From an uncultured bacterium (GTDB taxonomy: Bacteria; CAZDME01; JAYEMH01): a stretch of DNA of 33,517 nt. A model generated the notes under the pieces. The model was not told the origin of the DNA and searched no databases. It saw nothing but the letters and a program-made list of their open reading frames with translations. The stretch is from contig CAZDME010000007.1 of the NCBI GenBank assembly GCA_964506785.1, positions 1 through 33,517 on the forward strand. The letters run 5' to 3'. Within the stretch, counting starts at the first letter, position 1. Each line of letters begins with the position of its first letter. The position numbers were made by a program, and so were the translations under genes. Shown here in pieces: positions 19,127-27,696 of this stretch.

Positions 19127-20341
19127 ATGGCAAAATTAAATGACTATATCCCTATCATTGGCCAGCCGGTTATTGACGAATTAAAACTTCTTGCCGATAA
19201 GCTTAGAGGGAAAGTCATTCAGATTATAAATTCTACATCAGTCGGTGGCGGGGTAGCGGAGATATTGAACCGAATGGTTCCGCTCCTGAAGGGACTGGGA
19301 ATAAATACCCGCTGGGATGTGATTAAAGGGGGGGAGCAATTTTTTGAAGTCACCAAAAAATTTCATAATGTTCTCCACGGGGGAAAGGAATTGGTAGAAA
19401 ATAGGGATTTTGAAATTTTCTACGAAACCAGCCAGAAAAACATTGAGGAGATGAGTATTTACGGGGACATTATTTTTGTGCACGACCCTCAGCCTATCGC
19501 TTTGGTACAGAAAAAAACCCAGAATCAATGGATTTGGCGGTGTCATATTGATGTTTCCAATCCTCATGAGAAGGTTTGGGCCTTTATCAAAAAGTTTATC
19601 TCACAATATGACGCTTCAGTTTTTTCGGCACCGAGTTTTGCCCAGAAACTGCTTATCCGCCAATATTTGATTCCACCTTCGATTGACCCCCTAAGCGATA
19701 AAAATAAACCTTTAGCTCCCTCGGTAATTAGCGCAGTTTTAAAGAAATACGGCATTGCCCGGGATAAACCCATCGTTACCCAAATTTCCCGGTTTGATTA
19801 TCTAAAGGATCCTTTGGGGGTAATAGAGGCTTACCGCTTGGTTAAGAAATATAATGATTGCCGGCTGGTCTTGGCCGGAGGGACAGCCCGGGATGACCCG
19901 GAATCAGGTGAGGTTTTGGCTAAGGTTAAAGAGAAAGCCGGAAGCGATCCGGACATTCACGTTTTGCTTATTCCTCCCGGCAGCGACCTGGAGATAAATG
20001 CTCTTCAGCGGGCTTCAGATGTTATTGTCCAGAAATCAATAAAGGAAGGTTTTGGCCTGACTGTTGCCGAGGCCTTGTGGAAAGCAAAGCCGGTGGTAGC
20101 TTCCGGGGTGGGAGGTATTCCCCTTCAGGTCAAACATAAATATTCGGGACAGATTTGTTATTCAATAGAAGGTGCGGCTTTAGGGATAAAACTGTTTTTG
20201 AATAGCCCCGATTATGCCCGAAGATTAGGCGAGCATGGGCGCGACCATATAAAGCAAAATTTTCTCCTGACCAGGCATCTGCGCGACTATATGCTGCTTT
20301 TCCTTTCCTTGTATCATCCCGAGGATATAGTTTCTTTATAA
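19127..20341 (+). CDS. treT: Trehalose glycosyltransferring synthase (TreT-like GT4)
   Basis: INSTSVGGGVAEIL, VTKKFHNVLHG, VHDPQP, WIWRCHID, PPSIDPLS, QISRFDYLKDP, QKSIKEGFGLTVAEALWK. Start ATG 19127 is preferred over the track's TTG at 19109. Confidence 0.88.
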   Translation: MAKLNDYIPIIGQPVIDELKLLADKLRGKVIQIINSTSVGGGVAEILNRMVPLLKGLGINTRWDVIKGGEQFFEVTKKFHNVLHGGKELVENRDFEIFYETSQKNIEEMSIYGDIIFVHDPQPIALVQKKTQNQWIWRCHIDVSNPHEKVWAFIKKFISQYDASVFSAPSFAQKLLIRQYLIPPSIDPLSDKNKPLAPSVISAVLKKYGIARDKPIVTQISRFDYLKDPLGVIEAYRLVKKYNDCRLVLAGGTARDDPESGEVLAKVKEKAGSDPDIHVLLIPPGSDLEINALQRASDVIVQKSIKEGFGLTVAEALWKAKPVVASGVGGIPLQVKHKYSGQICYSIEGAALGIKLFLNSPDYARRLGEHGRDHIKQNFLLTRHLRDYMLLFLSLYHPEDIVSL

Positions 20342-20350
20342 ATTTTTCCC

Positions 20351-20379
20351 TTGCATTTTTGGTTGATTTTTTATAAACT
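20351..20379 (+). promoter_or_regulatory. Putative sigma70 promoter for the btuFCD-cobO leader
   Basis: TTGCAT (20351-56), 17 bp spacer, TAAACT (20374-79). Confidence 0.45.
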
Positions 20380-20585
20380 GTAAAGTGCTTCTTTGAAAAT
20401 TTGTTTTAAAAGGGAAGCTGGTAAAAGCCAGCACTGCCCCCGCAACTGTGAGTGGAAAAGAGCTTAAGGAGGTTTGGCTTCCTTAAGCTGGTTCAAGTCG
20501 GCCGCCACTGTTTCGTTTGGTCTGAAATTCGGGCTGGCGGGATGGGAAGGCGCCGACAGAAAGCCACAAGTCAGGAGACCTATGG
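20378..20585 (+). ncRNA. Cobalamin riboswitch 1
   Basis: AAAAGGGAA-GCTGG/CCAGC-ACTGCCCCCGCAACTGT ... GCCACTG ... GGGAAGGC ... AGTCAGGAGACCT (B12 box), upstream of B12 ABC transporter genes. Confidence 0.93.
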
Positions 20586-20615
20586 AAGCCTTCGGGGTGA
20601 GAGGGAAAAGGTTTT

Positions 20616-20646
20616 ACCCAATCTCGTTTCGGAGATTGGGTTTTTT
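20616..20646 (+). terminator. Intrinsic terminator, the likely expression platform of cobalamin riboswitch 1
   Basis: ACCCAATCTC-gtttcg-GAGATTGGGT followed by a T run, just before btuF. Confidence 0.85.
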
Positions 20647-20654
20647 ATTAACAT

Positions 20655-21602
20655 ATGACACCGATAAAAAGAATGAAACACACAGGTAAAATTATAGGAT
20701 ATCCGATATCCTATAATTTTTGGCTTGGGGTTTTAATTTTTGGCTTTCTTTTTCTACGCGGCCAGGGGTTTTCTCAGGAAATAAAAGTTAAAGATGCTAC
20801 CGGCCTGATTTTTCAGTGGAATAAGCCGCCGCAGAAGATTATCTCCCTTAATCCGTCGGCGACGGAGACAATTTGTGCCTTAGGCGGGGAAGATGAGCTG
20901 ATTGCCGTAACCTCTTTCTGCCGCTATCCCGAAGAGGTAAAAAGCAAAGATAAAATCGGGACAATTTTAGAACCGGATATTGAAAAAATTGTCAGTTTAA
21001 GGCCGGATTTAGTTTTAGCTACCAAAGAAGGAAACAGGAAAAAAACCATAGAAAAAATCAGAGAGCTGGGAATAAAGGTTTTTACTTTTGACAGCATCTA
21101 CAGGTTCGAAGATATTTATGAAAGGGTGTCCTTGTCGGGTAGATTATTAGGCCGGAGGGAAGAAGCCGGCAGACTTATTTCCGATATGAAACACAGGATA
21201 GAGGAAATTAAAGGAAAGGTTAAAGGGCGGCCAAAGGTGAAGGTTTTCTGGCAATATGGATTGGAGCCGATAATCACCGCTAACAAAAAAACCCTGGCTA
21301 ATGAAATGATAGAGTTAGCCGGAGGGAGTAATATTGCCCGGGACGCCTTATTGAGATATCCTCGATACAGCCTGGAAGAGGTTACTATCCAGAATCCTGA
21401 GGTGATAATATTAACCTCTATGGAATCTTTTGGGGAAGATGCTTTGGATAATTGGAGGCAGTTTAAAAGTATCCCGGCAGTAAAAAATAATCGAATCTAC
21501 CTGATTGATTCGGACTTGGTCTGCAATATGGGGCCGCGGTTGATAGAAGGTTTGGAAAAGATAGCCAGGGCTTTACACCCGGAGGCGTTTGCCAATGAAT
21601 AA
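20655..21602 (+). CDS. btuF: Cobalamin ABC transporter periplasmic binding protein
   Basis: Signal-like N-terminus, then KIISLNPSATETICALG, PDIEKIVSLRPDLV, SLEEVTIQNPEVII, IPAVKNNRIY, GPRLIEGLE; B12 riboswitch context. Alternative start at 20673. Confidence 0.88.
   Translation: MTPIKRMKHTGKIIGYPISYNFWLGVLIFGFLFLRGQGFSQEIKVKDATGLIFQWNKPPQKIISLNPSATETICALGGEDELIAVTSFCRYPEEVKSKDKIGTILEPDIEKIVSLRPDLVLATKEGNRKKTIEKIRELGIKVFTFDSIYRFEDIYERVSLSGRLLGRREEAGRLISDMKHRIEEIKGKVKGRPKVKVFWQYGLEPIITANKKTLANEMIELAGGSNIARDALLRYPRYSLEEVTIQNPEVIILTSMESFGEDALDNWRQFKSIPAVKNNRIYLIDSDLVCNMGPRLIEGLEKIARALHPEAFANE
20688..20720. repeat. Perfect 33-bp palindrome inside the btuF 5' end (second copy at 27994-28018)
   Basis: AAAATTATAGGATATC-C-GATATCCTATAATTTT. 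Confidence 0.85.
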
Positions 21603-22608
21603 AAACTGGATTATCTGGATATTGGTTCTTTTGGGTCTTGTGGTGATAACTTCATTTCTGGCTATAAGCTGCGGTTCCGCCGATATACAGATAAAAGATG
21701 TATTTATTCTTTTATATGAAAGGTTACAGGGTCAAAAGGTTATCTCGCCGGAGGCAACGGTTATTTTTAGTTTGCGCCTCCCTCGTCTTATTTTAGGCCT
21801 GATGGTCGGCGGAGCTTTAGCTCTGGTCGGGGTTATATTTCAAGGAATGTTTCGAAATCCCCTGGTTGAGCCTTATACCCTGGGGGTTTCTGGCGGGGCC
21901 GCTTTAGGGATAAGTATTGCTTTGGCTTTTGGGTTCAAGCTAATTTTTGGCCTGCCTCTGATTGGATTTCTGGGGGCCCTTTTGGCCATTTCCATTGTTT
22001 ATTCAATTGCCAACCGTTGGAAAAGCCTCAGAATGACCAACCTTCTTTTAGTCGGTGTCATGTTTTCATTTATTTCTTCTTCTTTAATCATGCTCATTTT
22101 ATCGCTGTCCCGGGCCGCCGAGGCCCATGGCATCCTTTTCTGGATTATGGGAAGCCTGGAAGAGAATAACCCTGTTTTATTAAAAATAATCTGTACAGTC
22201 ATTCCGATAATAGCTTTCTTTTCTATATTCCGAGCCTGGGAGTTAAATGCCCTTTCTTTGGGAGAAGAGGAAGCCGTTCATTTAGGGGTCGATATAAAGA
22301 GAACCAAGAGAATTTTTTTTATCTTATCTTCAATCCTGGCCGGGATAGCTGTTTCGGTCTCGGGTATTATCGGCTTTGTCGGTTTGGTCGTGCCTCATTT
22401 TATGAGAATGTTTGTCGGGGGCGACCACCGTATTCTTATGCCTACTTCGTTCTTATTAGGCGGGATTTTTTTAGTTTTAAGTGATACCTTTGCCCGGACA
22501 GTCATCGCTCCGATTGAACTGCCGGTTGGGGTAATTACCGGGATTATCGGAGGAATAATTTTTATCTGTTTTCTGGTTAAGGGGCAAAATTTGAGATGGA
22601 CGAGGTAA
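21595..22608 (+). CDS. btuC: Cobalamin ABC transporter permease (FecCD/BtuC family)
   Basis: LRLPRLILG, FRNPLVEPYTLGVSGGA, LGEEEAVHLG, IGFVGLVVPH, ELPVGVIT. GGAGG RBS at 21581. Confidence 0.9.
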   Translation: MNKNWIIWILVLLGLVVITSFLAISCGSADIQIKDVFILLYERLQGQKVISPEATVIFSLRLPRLILGLMVGGALALVGVIFQGMFRNPLVEPYTLGVSGGAALGISIALAFGFKLIFGLPLIGFLGALLAISIVYSIANRWKSLRMTNLLLVGVMFSFISSSLIMLILSLSRAAEAHGILFWIMGSLEENNPVLLKIICTVIPIIAFFSIFRAWELNALSLGEEEAVHLGVDIKRTKRIFFILSSILAGIAVSVSGIIGFVGLVVPHFMRMFVGGDHRILMPTSFLLGGIFLVLSDTFARTVIAPIELPVGVITGIIGGIIFICFLVKGQNLRWTR

Positions 22609-23378
22609 TTTTAAAGGTTGATAATATAAGTTCCGGATACGAGAAGCATTTAGTTTTGAAAAACTTGAGTTTCCGGATAAATGAGGGAGAGATTATCGGG
22701 GTAATCGGGCCTAACGGCTCGGGTAAAACCACCCTTATCCGCAGCCTCACCCGGATTCTTCCTTTAAAGAACGGCTCGATACGGTTTAAAAATAAGGATA
22801 TTATAGATATATCCTATAAAGAGTTGGCCAAGGAAGTGGCTGTCGTTTCCCAGCTTAATTCCAGCCTGTTTTTTAGTGCCCGGGTAGAAGAGGTTATCCT
22901 TTTGGGGCGCATCCCCCATTTTCGCTCATTCCAGCTGCTGGAAGATAGGGGAGACCGGGAAATAGTGGAAAAGGTAATGAAGCTTACGGATATAATTGAG
23001 CTGAGGGAGCGGGATTTAAGCGAGATTAGCGGAGGCGAAAGGCAGCGGGTTTTTATTGCCCGGGCTCTGGCTCAGCAGCCTAAGCTCCTGCTTTTAGATG
23101 AGCCGACAGCCCATCTAGATATCAATCACCGCTTAGAGATATTTAAATTGGTCAGCCATCTGGCTAAAGAAGGGGGTTTTACCGTACTAAGCGTCCTTCA
23201 TGACCTGAATCTGGCCAGTCGTTTCTGCGAGCGACTGATTATTCTAAATAATGGAGAAGTTGCCGCGCAGGGCCTTCCGGAAGAAGTCATTAATAAAGTT
23301 AAAATCAGGGAAATTTATGGCGCAGAAGTAAACGTATATCAGGGAGAAATGTCAGAAAAACCGCAAATTCTGTATTAA
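22596..23378 (+). CDS. btuD: Cobalamin ABC transporter ATP-binding protein
   Basis: GPNGSGKT (Walker A), ISGGERQR (signature), LLLLDEPT (Walker B), VLHDLNLA. Confidence 0.9.
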   Translation: MDEVILKVDNISSGYEKHLVLKNLSFRINEGEIIGVIGPNGSGKTTLIRSLTRILPLKNGSIRFKNKDIIDISYKELAKEVAVVSQLNSSLFFSARVEEVILLGRIPHFRSFQLLEDRGDREIVEKVMKLTDIIELRERDLSEISGGERQRVFIARALAQQPKLLLLDEPTAHLDINHRLEIFKLVSHLAKEGGFTVLSVLHDLNLASRFCERLIILNNGEVAAQGLPEEVINKVKIREIYGAEVNVYQGEMSEKPQILY

Positions 23379-23392
23379 AAAGGGGGTAAATT

Positions 23393-23917
23393 TTGAAAAA
23401 AAGAGGATTAATTCAGGTTTATACCGGCAAAGGGAAGGGTAAAACCACGGCCGCTTTGGGCCTGGCTCTAAGAGCGGCTGGAGCCGGATTAAAGGTTTAT
23501 ATCGGACAATTTCTTAAAGGCGCCTCTTATAATTACAGCGAGTTGAAAACTCTTGAAAAGATTAAGCAAATTAAATTAGAGCAATTCGGCCAGGGTTGTT
23601 TCATTAAGGGGGCGGCTAAAAGTGAAGATAAAGAATTAGCCCGAGGGGGCCTTAAGAAAGTAAAAAAGCTGATGGTTCAAGGGAAATACGACCTTATGAT
23701 TTTAGATGAGATTAATATTGCCTTAAAGTTAGGCCTTTTATCCCTGGATGAGGTGATTCAGCTGATTAATAACAAGCCCGGGAGGTTGGAATTGGTTTTA
23801 ACCGGCCGTTCGGCTCCGGCTAAAATTCTAAGAATCGCGGATTTGGTTACCGAAATGAGAGAAATTAAGCATTATTATAAAAAGAGCGTTTCGGCGCGCA
23901 AAGGAATAGAATTTTAA
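23393..23917 (+). CDS. cobO: Cob(I)yrinic acid a,c-diamide adenosyltransferase (CobA/CobO/BtuR)
   Basis: QVYTGKGKGKTTAALG, GQFLKG, ILDEI, ELVLTGR, ADLVTEMREIKHYY...ARKGIEF. TTG start with AGGGGG RBS. Confidence 0.93.
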   Translation: MKKRGLIQVYTGKGKGKTTAALGLALRAAGAGLKVYIGQFLKGASYNYSELKTLEKIKQIKLEQFGQGCFIKGAAKSEDKELARGGLKKVKKLMVQGKYDLMILDEINIALKLGLLSLDEVIQLINNKPGRLELVLTGRSAPAKILRIADLVTEMREIKHYYKKSVSARKGIEF

Positions 23918-23937
23918 AATGGGGGAACGCCCCCGTT
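23918..23937 (+). terminator. Hairpin immediately after cobO (weak U tail)
   Basis: AATGGGGG-aacg-CCCCCGTT. Confidence 0.45.
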
Positions 23938-23945
23938 ACTTAAAA

Positions 23946-23988
23946 ATCACACTTCGCAAGTGTGATTATCACACTTCGTAAGTGTGAT
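23946..23988. repeat. Tandem pair of 21-bp palindromes (ATCACACTT-CGY-AAGTGTGAT) overlapping a putative extended -10 promoter
   Basis: Copies at 23946-66 and 23968-88; TG-a-TAAAAT at 23985-93. Confidence 0.8.
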
Positions 23989-23995
23989 AAAATGT

Positions 23996-24205
23996 AGAGA
24001 ATTGAAGTACAGGGAATACGCTCTCCCCAGAGGGAGAAAACGTAGCTGTCCCCGCAACTGTAAGCGGCTCCGTCCAGGCTGATAGGCTTTCGTTCTCAGC
24101 TTGGGTGGGTAGTTAGCTGGCAGTCACTATTTGCTGAAAGTCAAAAATTTGGCTTCAGGAATGGGAAGGCTGCCAGGAAGTATGCCGCCAGCCAGGAAAC
24201 CTGTT
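23996..24205 (+). ncRNA. Cobalamin riboswitch 2 (variant architecture)
   Basis: AGGGAA-TACG...CGTA-GCTGTCCCCGCAACTGT ... GTCACTA ... GGGAAGGC ... AGCCAGGAAACCTGT, upstream of btuB. Confidence 0.88.
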
Positions 24206-24336
24206 AAATCCTTCGGGGCAGGAGGTGATGAAAATGACTGAATTTACCTAGGCGGACAGCAGCTTCCAGTGAAAAATCTCTACCGACGCGGTAGCGATAG
24301 AAAAAACTGACTTTTTTATATGGAGGGAATAAACAA

Positions 24337-26235
24337 ATGAAAAAGTGTTTATGTTTTACTCTTTTATTTTTGCTTTGTTGCTCTGCCGGTATTGCCAGGG
24401 CAGAGGTATCCAGTTACGACCTTGGCCAGGTAGTTATTAGTGAGTCCAGAATTGAAGAGACTTTGGGACAAATTGGCTCATCTGGCACGGTGATAACCGC
24501 CGAGGAGCTGGAAAAAAGGGGAATCAAAAATGTTAAGGAGGCTCTGAGGGAAGTAGTTAGCATTGATGTGGCTGCTTCCGGAGAAGAAGGAGGGCCGGCT
24601 TCGGTTTTTTTAAGGGGGGCCAATTCCGGACAGAGCCTGGTGATGATTGATGGCGTCAAGGTTTATGACCCTATGTCCACCAATGCCAGCTTTGATTTTG
24701 CCCACCTTACCATAGATAATATTGAGCGGATTGAAATTATTCGCGGCCCGCAAAGTTCTCTTTACGGCTCTGATGCAATTGGCGGTTTAATCAATATCAT
24801 TACCAAAAAAGGAGAAGGAAAGCCCAAAGTAGAGGTCTCTTTTGAAGGGGGTTCCCACCATACCTTTAGCGAAAGAGTGGGCTCCTCGGGCAAACTCAAT
24901 GATTTAGCTTATTCTTTTGTCATCAGCCGCAAAGACACTAAAGGTATATCAAAGGCGGCCAAAAAAGACGGCAATGTAGAAAAAGACAAATATGAAAATA
25001 CATCCGCTTCCATCCGCCTGGATTATGATTTAGATGAGGCCCTTAAGGTAGGGGTAATCAGCCGTTACACCCGGGCTGAATTTGATGTTGATGATGCTGG
25101 CGGCCTTGGAGGAGATGATGAAAACCGGGTGGATAGATTAGACCAATTTTTAGTATCTACCTACCTCACCCATGAGTTTAGCGATTGCTGGCAGCACCAT
25201 CTCAAACTTTCCTGGATGAAAAACGTCCGTCACGATAATGATGACAATAATGGCTCCACCCTTGATTATTTACGAAGCTGGTATAAGGGAGAAAATTTAG
25301 CCGTTGACTGGCAGCATAATTTAACCTTAACCGAATGGGATACAGTGGTGGCCGGGGTGCAATATAACGAAGAGAAAGGCAAGTCATATTATCATTCAGA
25401 GACGGCCTTTGGCCCTTATACAAGCAGCCTTTCGGAAAAAAAGGCGGATAATATCGGCGGTTATATAGAGAATAAACTGAATATTGATGACGCCTTTTTT
25501 AACACCCTGGCGGTGAGGCTTGATGACCATTCCCGTTTTGATGACCACTTCACCTGGCGGGCAACCGGGGCTTATTTATTGGCGGCGGCCACCAAGGTAA
25601 AGGGAAGTTTTGGCACCGGTTATAAGGCGCCGTCTCTTTATCAGCTTTTTTCTTCTTATGGCGATGAGAATTTAAAGCCGGAAGAAAGCGAAGGCTATGA
25701 CCTGGGGATAGAGCAGTCATTCTTTGAAGATAAACTCTTTGGCAGTCTGGTTTATTTCCATAATGATTTTAAAAAGATGATTGATTATGATTTACTTACT
25801 TCTAAATACAAAAATGTTGACTCTGCCGAGACCGAAGGGATAGAGACAGAAATAAGATTTACTCCCGATGAAAGGTTAACGGCCAGGTTCTCTCATACCT
25901 ATCTTGATGCGGACGATACCACGAATAACGAGACGCTTTTAAGAAGGGCCAAGCATAAATTAAATTTAAACCTCGATTATGCCCTTTGTGAGAGGGCTAA
26001 TATTAATTTAAATGTCGGCCATTTCGTCAAGCGCTATGATAAATCCGGCTTCCCGGCGGCGCTGGTAGAATTGAAAGATTACACCAAGGTGGATTTAGCC
26101 GCCTCCTTTGACCTCAACGAAAATGTTGAGCTTTCCCTCCGGGCGGAGAATTTGTTGGATGAGGATTATGAAGAAGTTAAGGGCTACGGCACTAAGGGCC
26201 GCTCTTTTTACGGAGGTATCAAGGTAGTATTTTAG
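24337..26235 (+). CDS. btuB: TonB-dependent cobalamin receptor
   Basis: Signal peptide (ARA-E), TonB-box-like QVVIS, plug motif IERIEIIRGPQSSLYGSDAIGGLINIITKK, C-terminal ENLLDEDY...GRSFYGGIKVVF; B12 riboswitch upstream. Confidence 0.9.
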   Translation: MKKCLCFTLLFLLCCSAGIARAEVSSYDLGQVVISESRIEETLGQIGSSGTVITAEELEKRGIKNVKEALREVVSIDVAASGEEGGPASVFLRGANSGQSLVMIDGVKVYDPMSTNASFDFAHLTIDNIERIEIIRGPQSSLYGSDAIGGLINIITKKGEGKPKVEVSFEGGSHHTFSERVGSSGKLNDLAYSFVISRKDTKGISKAAKKDGNVEKDKYENTSASIRLDYDLDEALKVGVISRYTRAEFDVDDAGGLGGDDENRVDRLDQFLVSTYLTHEFSDCWQHHLKLSWMKNVRHDNDDNNGSTLDYLRSWYKGENLAVDWQHNLTLTEWDTVVAGVQYNEEKGKSYYHSETAFGPYTSSLSEKKADNIGGYIENKLNIDDAFFNTLAVRLDDHSRFDDHFTWRATGAYLLAAATKVKGSFGTGYKAPSLYQLFSSYGDENLKPEESEGYDLGIEQSFFEDKLFGSLVYFHNDFKKMIDYDLLTSKYKNVDSAETEGIETEIRFTPDERLTARFSHTYLDADDTTNNETLLRRAKHKLNLNLDYALCERANINLNVGHFVKRYDKSGFPAALVELKDYTKVDLAASFDLNENVELSLRAENLLDEDYEEVKGYGTKGRSFYGGIKVVF

Positions 26236-26237
26236 CA

Positions 26238-26301
26238 AAAAAGGGGCCTGGACCCATTTAAATTTGACTCCGTTTAGTTGTGGGCGTACCAGCCCCTTTT
26301 T
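26238..26301. terminator. Long hairpin after btuB, possibly a bidirectional terminator
   Basis: AAAAAGGGG..CTGG..CCCA pairs with TGGG..CCAG..CCCCTTTTT. Confidence 0.55.
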
Positions 26302-26392
26302 CTCTCCCCAGAAAAGCAAAAAATTTTGGGGAAAATATATTGACAGAACGTTGACTTTGTTGTTCTATAATATAGAGTAACTGTTCTATATA

Positions 26393-27028
26393 ATGGGACA
26401 GGAGTGGGGAAAGATGGATTCAGATTTTATTGCCAAAAAATTCAGGCAGCACGAGAAAGTCAGGCGCCAGTTTAAGAAACACGGTTATGATATGGACGGC
26501 TCGCGTAAAGAGGTTTTAAAACGGGCCGGCAAAATTGCTGGGCCGGTTTTAGATGTGGGGACCGGCCCGGGCCGGATAGCCTATACCCTGGCGTTAGCCG
26601 GTTATAAAGTAACCAGCGTCGATATATCAGCTCAGGCCCAGGCGATTGCCAGGCTTTATGCCGATAAATTCAAGGTCAGAGAAAAAATCAGATTTTTAAA
26701 AATGGATGCGGAGAAGCTCGATTTCAAGGATAATTCTTTTAAGACGGTAATTTCGGTTAATCTTCTTCACGACGTCAAAAGCCCCAAGAAGGTTATCAAG
26801 GAAATCATCCGGGTCTGCCGGCCGGGGGGGAAAATCGTCATTACCGACCTTAATGAAAAAGGGAAAGATATAGTTAACCGGGTTTACAGAATAAATAAAG
26901 AAATTCACCGGGGAAAGAATTTAAATCTGGATAGGGTCGTAGGGGGCTCTTTAAAAAATAAGGGGATTGTCTTTAAAAAATACGATGGCGGCCCTTTAAC
27001 GATTTTTACCGGGGAAAAACCTTTGTAG
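26393..27028 (+). CDS. Class I SAM-dependent methyltransferase (Methyltransf_11/UbiE-like)
   Basis: VLDVGTGPG, VTSVDIS, DAEKLDFKDNSF, RVCRPGGKIVITD. The start may instead be ATG 26414, which follows a G-rich RBS. Confidence 0.85.
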   Translation: MGQEWGKMDSDFIAKKFRQHEKVRRQFKKHGYDMDGSRKEVLKRAGKIAGPVLDVGTGPGRIAYTLALAGYKVTSVDISAQAQAIARLYADKFKVREKIRFLKMDAEKLDFKDNSFKTVISVNLLHDVKSPKKVIKEIIRVCRPGGKIVITDLNEKGKDIVNRVYRINKEIHRGKNLNLDRVVGGSLKNKGIVFKKYDGGPLTIFTGEKPL

Positions 27029-27046
27029 ATTAAGAAAGGAGAAAAG

Positions 27047-27409
27047 ATGCCCAATATGGTTTTGTATCTTTTATTAGGACTTTTGGCCGGAAGTTTAAGC
27101 GGACTTCTGGGTATTGGCGGGGGGACGATAATTATCCCCGTCTTAGTCTATATGTTTGGTTTCTCCCAGCACCAGGCTCAAGGAACTACCCTGGCTTTAA
27201 TGGTTCCTCCCATTGGATTGCTGGCCGCTTTAAAATACTATCAGAGCGGGAATGTAAATATCCCTATCGCCGTATATATCTGTATCGGGTTTTTCTTAGG
27301 GGGATTTATTGGCGCCGTTTTCGCCCAGCCGGTTCCGGATTTATTTTTAAAAAAAATATTTGGAGTTTTTTTACTGCTGATTGCGCTAAAGATGATTTTA
27401 GGCAAATGA
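27047..27409 (+). CDS. Half-size TauE/SafE (TSUP) family membrane protein
   Basis: GLLAGSLSGLLGIGGGTIIIP...SQHQAQGTTL; about 4 TM segments in 120 aa; AGGAG RBS. Confidence 0.85.
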   Translation: MPNMVLYLLLGLLAGSLSGLLGIGGGTIIIPVLVYMFGFSQHQAQGTTLALMVPPIGLLAALKYYQSGNVNIPIAVYICIGFFLGGFIGAVFAQPVPDLFLKKIFGVFLLLIALKMILGK

Positions 27410-27512
27410 ATTAAGAAGATCCGATTTATAAATTCAAGCTGACTTTAGTCAGACTAAATGGGCTTTAAGCCTACTAACAGCCGCAGATAGCATATATTAT
27501 ATTAAGGGGCCG

Positions 27513-27583
27513 AAAAAAAGCCCAAAAAAAGCTCAAAAAAAAGCGCAGAAAAATTTGACAAAGGGCTGAAAGTATGCTATATT
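27513..27583 (+). promoter_or_regulatory. Strong sigma70 promoter with extended -10 and upstream phased A-tracts
   Basis: A-tracts start at 27513, 27524, 27535 and 27549; TTGACA 27555-60, 17 bp spacer, TG-c-TATATT (-10 at 27578-83). Confidence 0.75.
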
Positions 27584-27611
27584 TATAGTGGAAAAAGAAA
27601 AGAATAGAAAG

Positions 27612-27696
27612 GTCCGAGAAAGGCTAATCCATCGTAAGGTGGAGACGCAAAGCTACGGACCCTTAGCGAAAGCGAAGGGAGGCCGAGTTGCCGAAG
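27612..27696 (+). ncRNA. Cyclic di-GMP-I (GEMM-I) riboswitch 1
   Basis: AAAGGCTAA-TCCATC-GTAA-GGTGGA-GACGCAAAGC...CCCTT..AAGGG..GGCCGAGTTGCCGAA: GNRA-capped P2, GACGCAAA junction and GCCGAA end. Confidence 0.88.

Noticed and set aside
20452-20689. ORFs 20452-20658 and 20474-20689
   Set aside because: They lie within cobalamin riboswitch 1 and its terminator and have no protein-like features.
1377-26908. Numerous short antisense or alternate-frame ORFs inside the annotated genes
   Set aside because: They are nested in or largely overlap well-supported CDSs and have no recognisable motifs.
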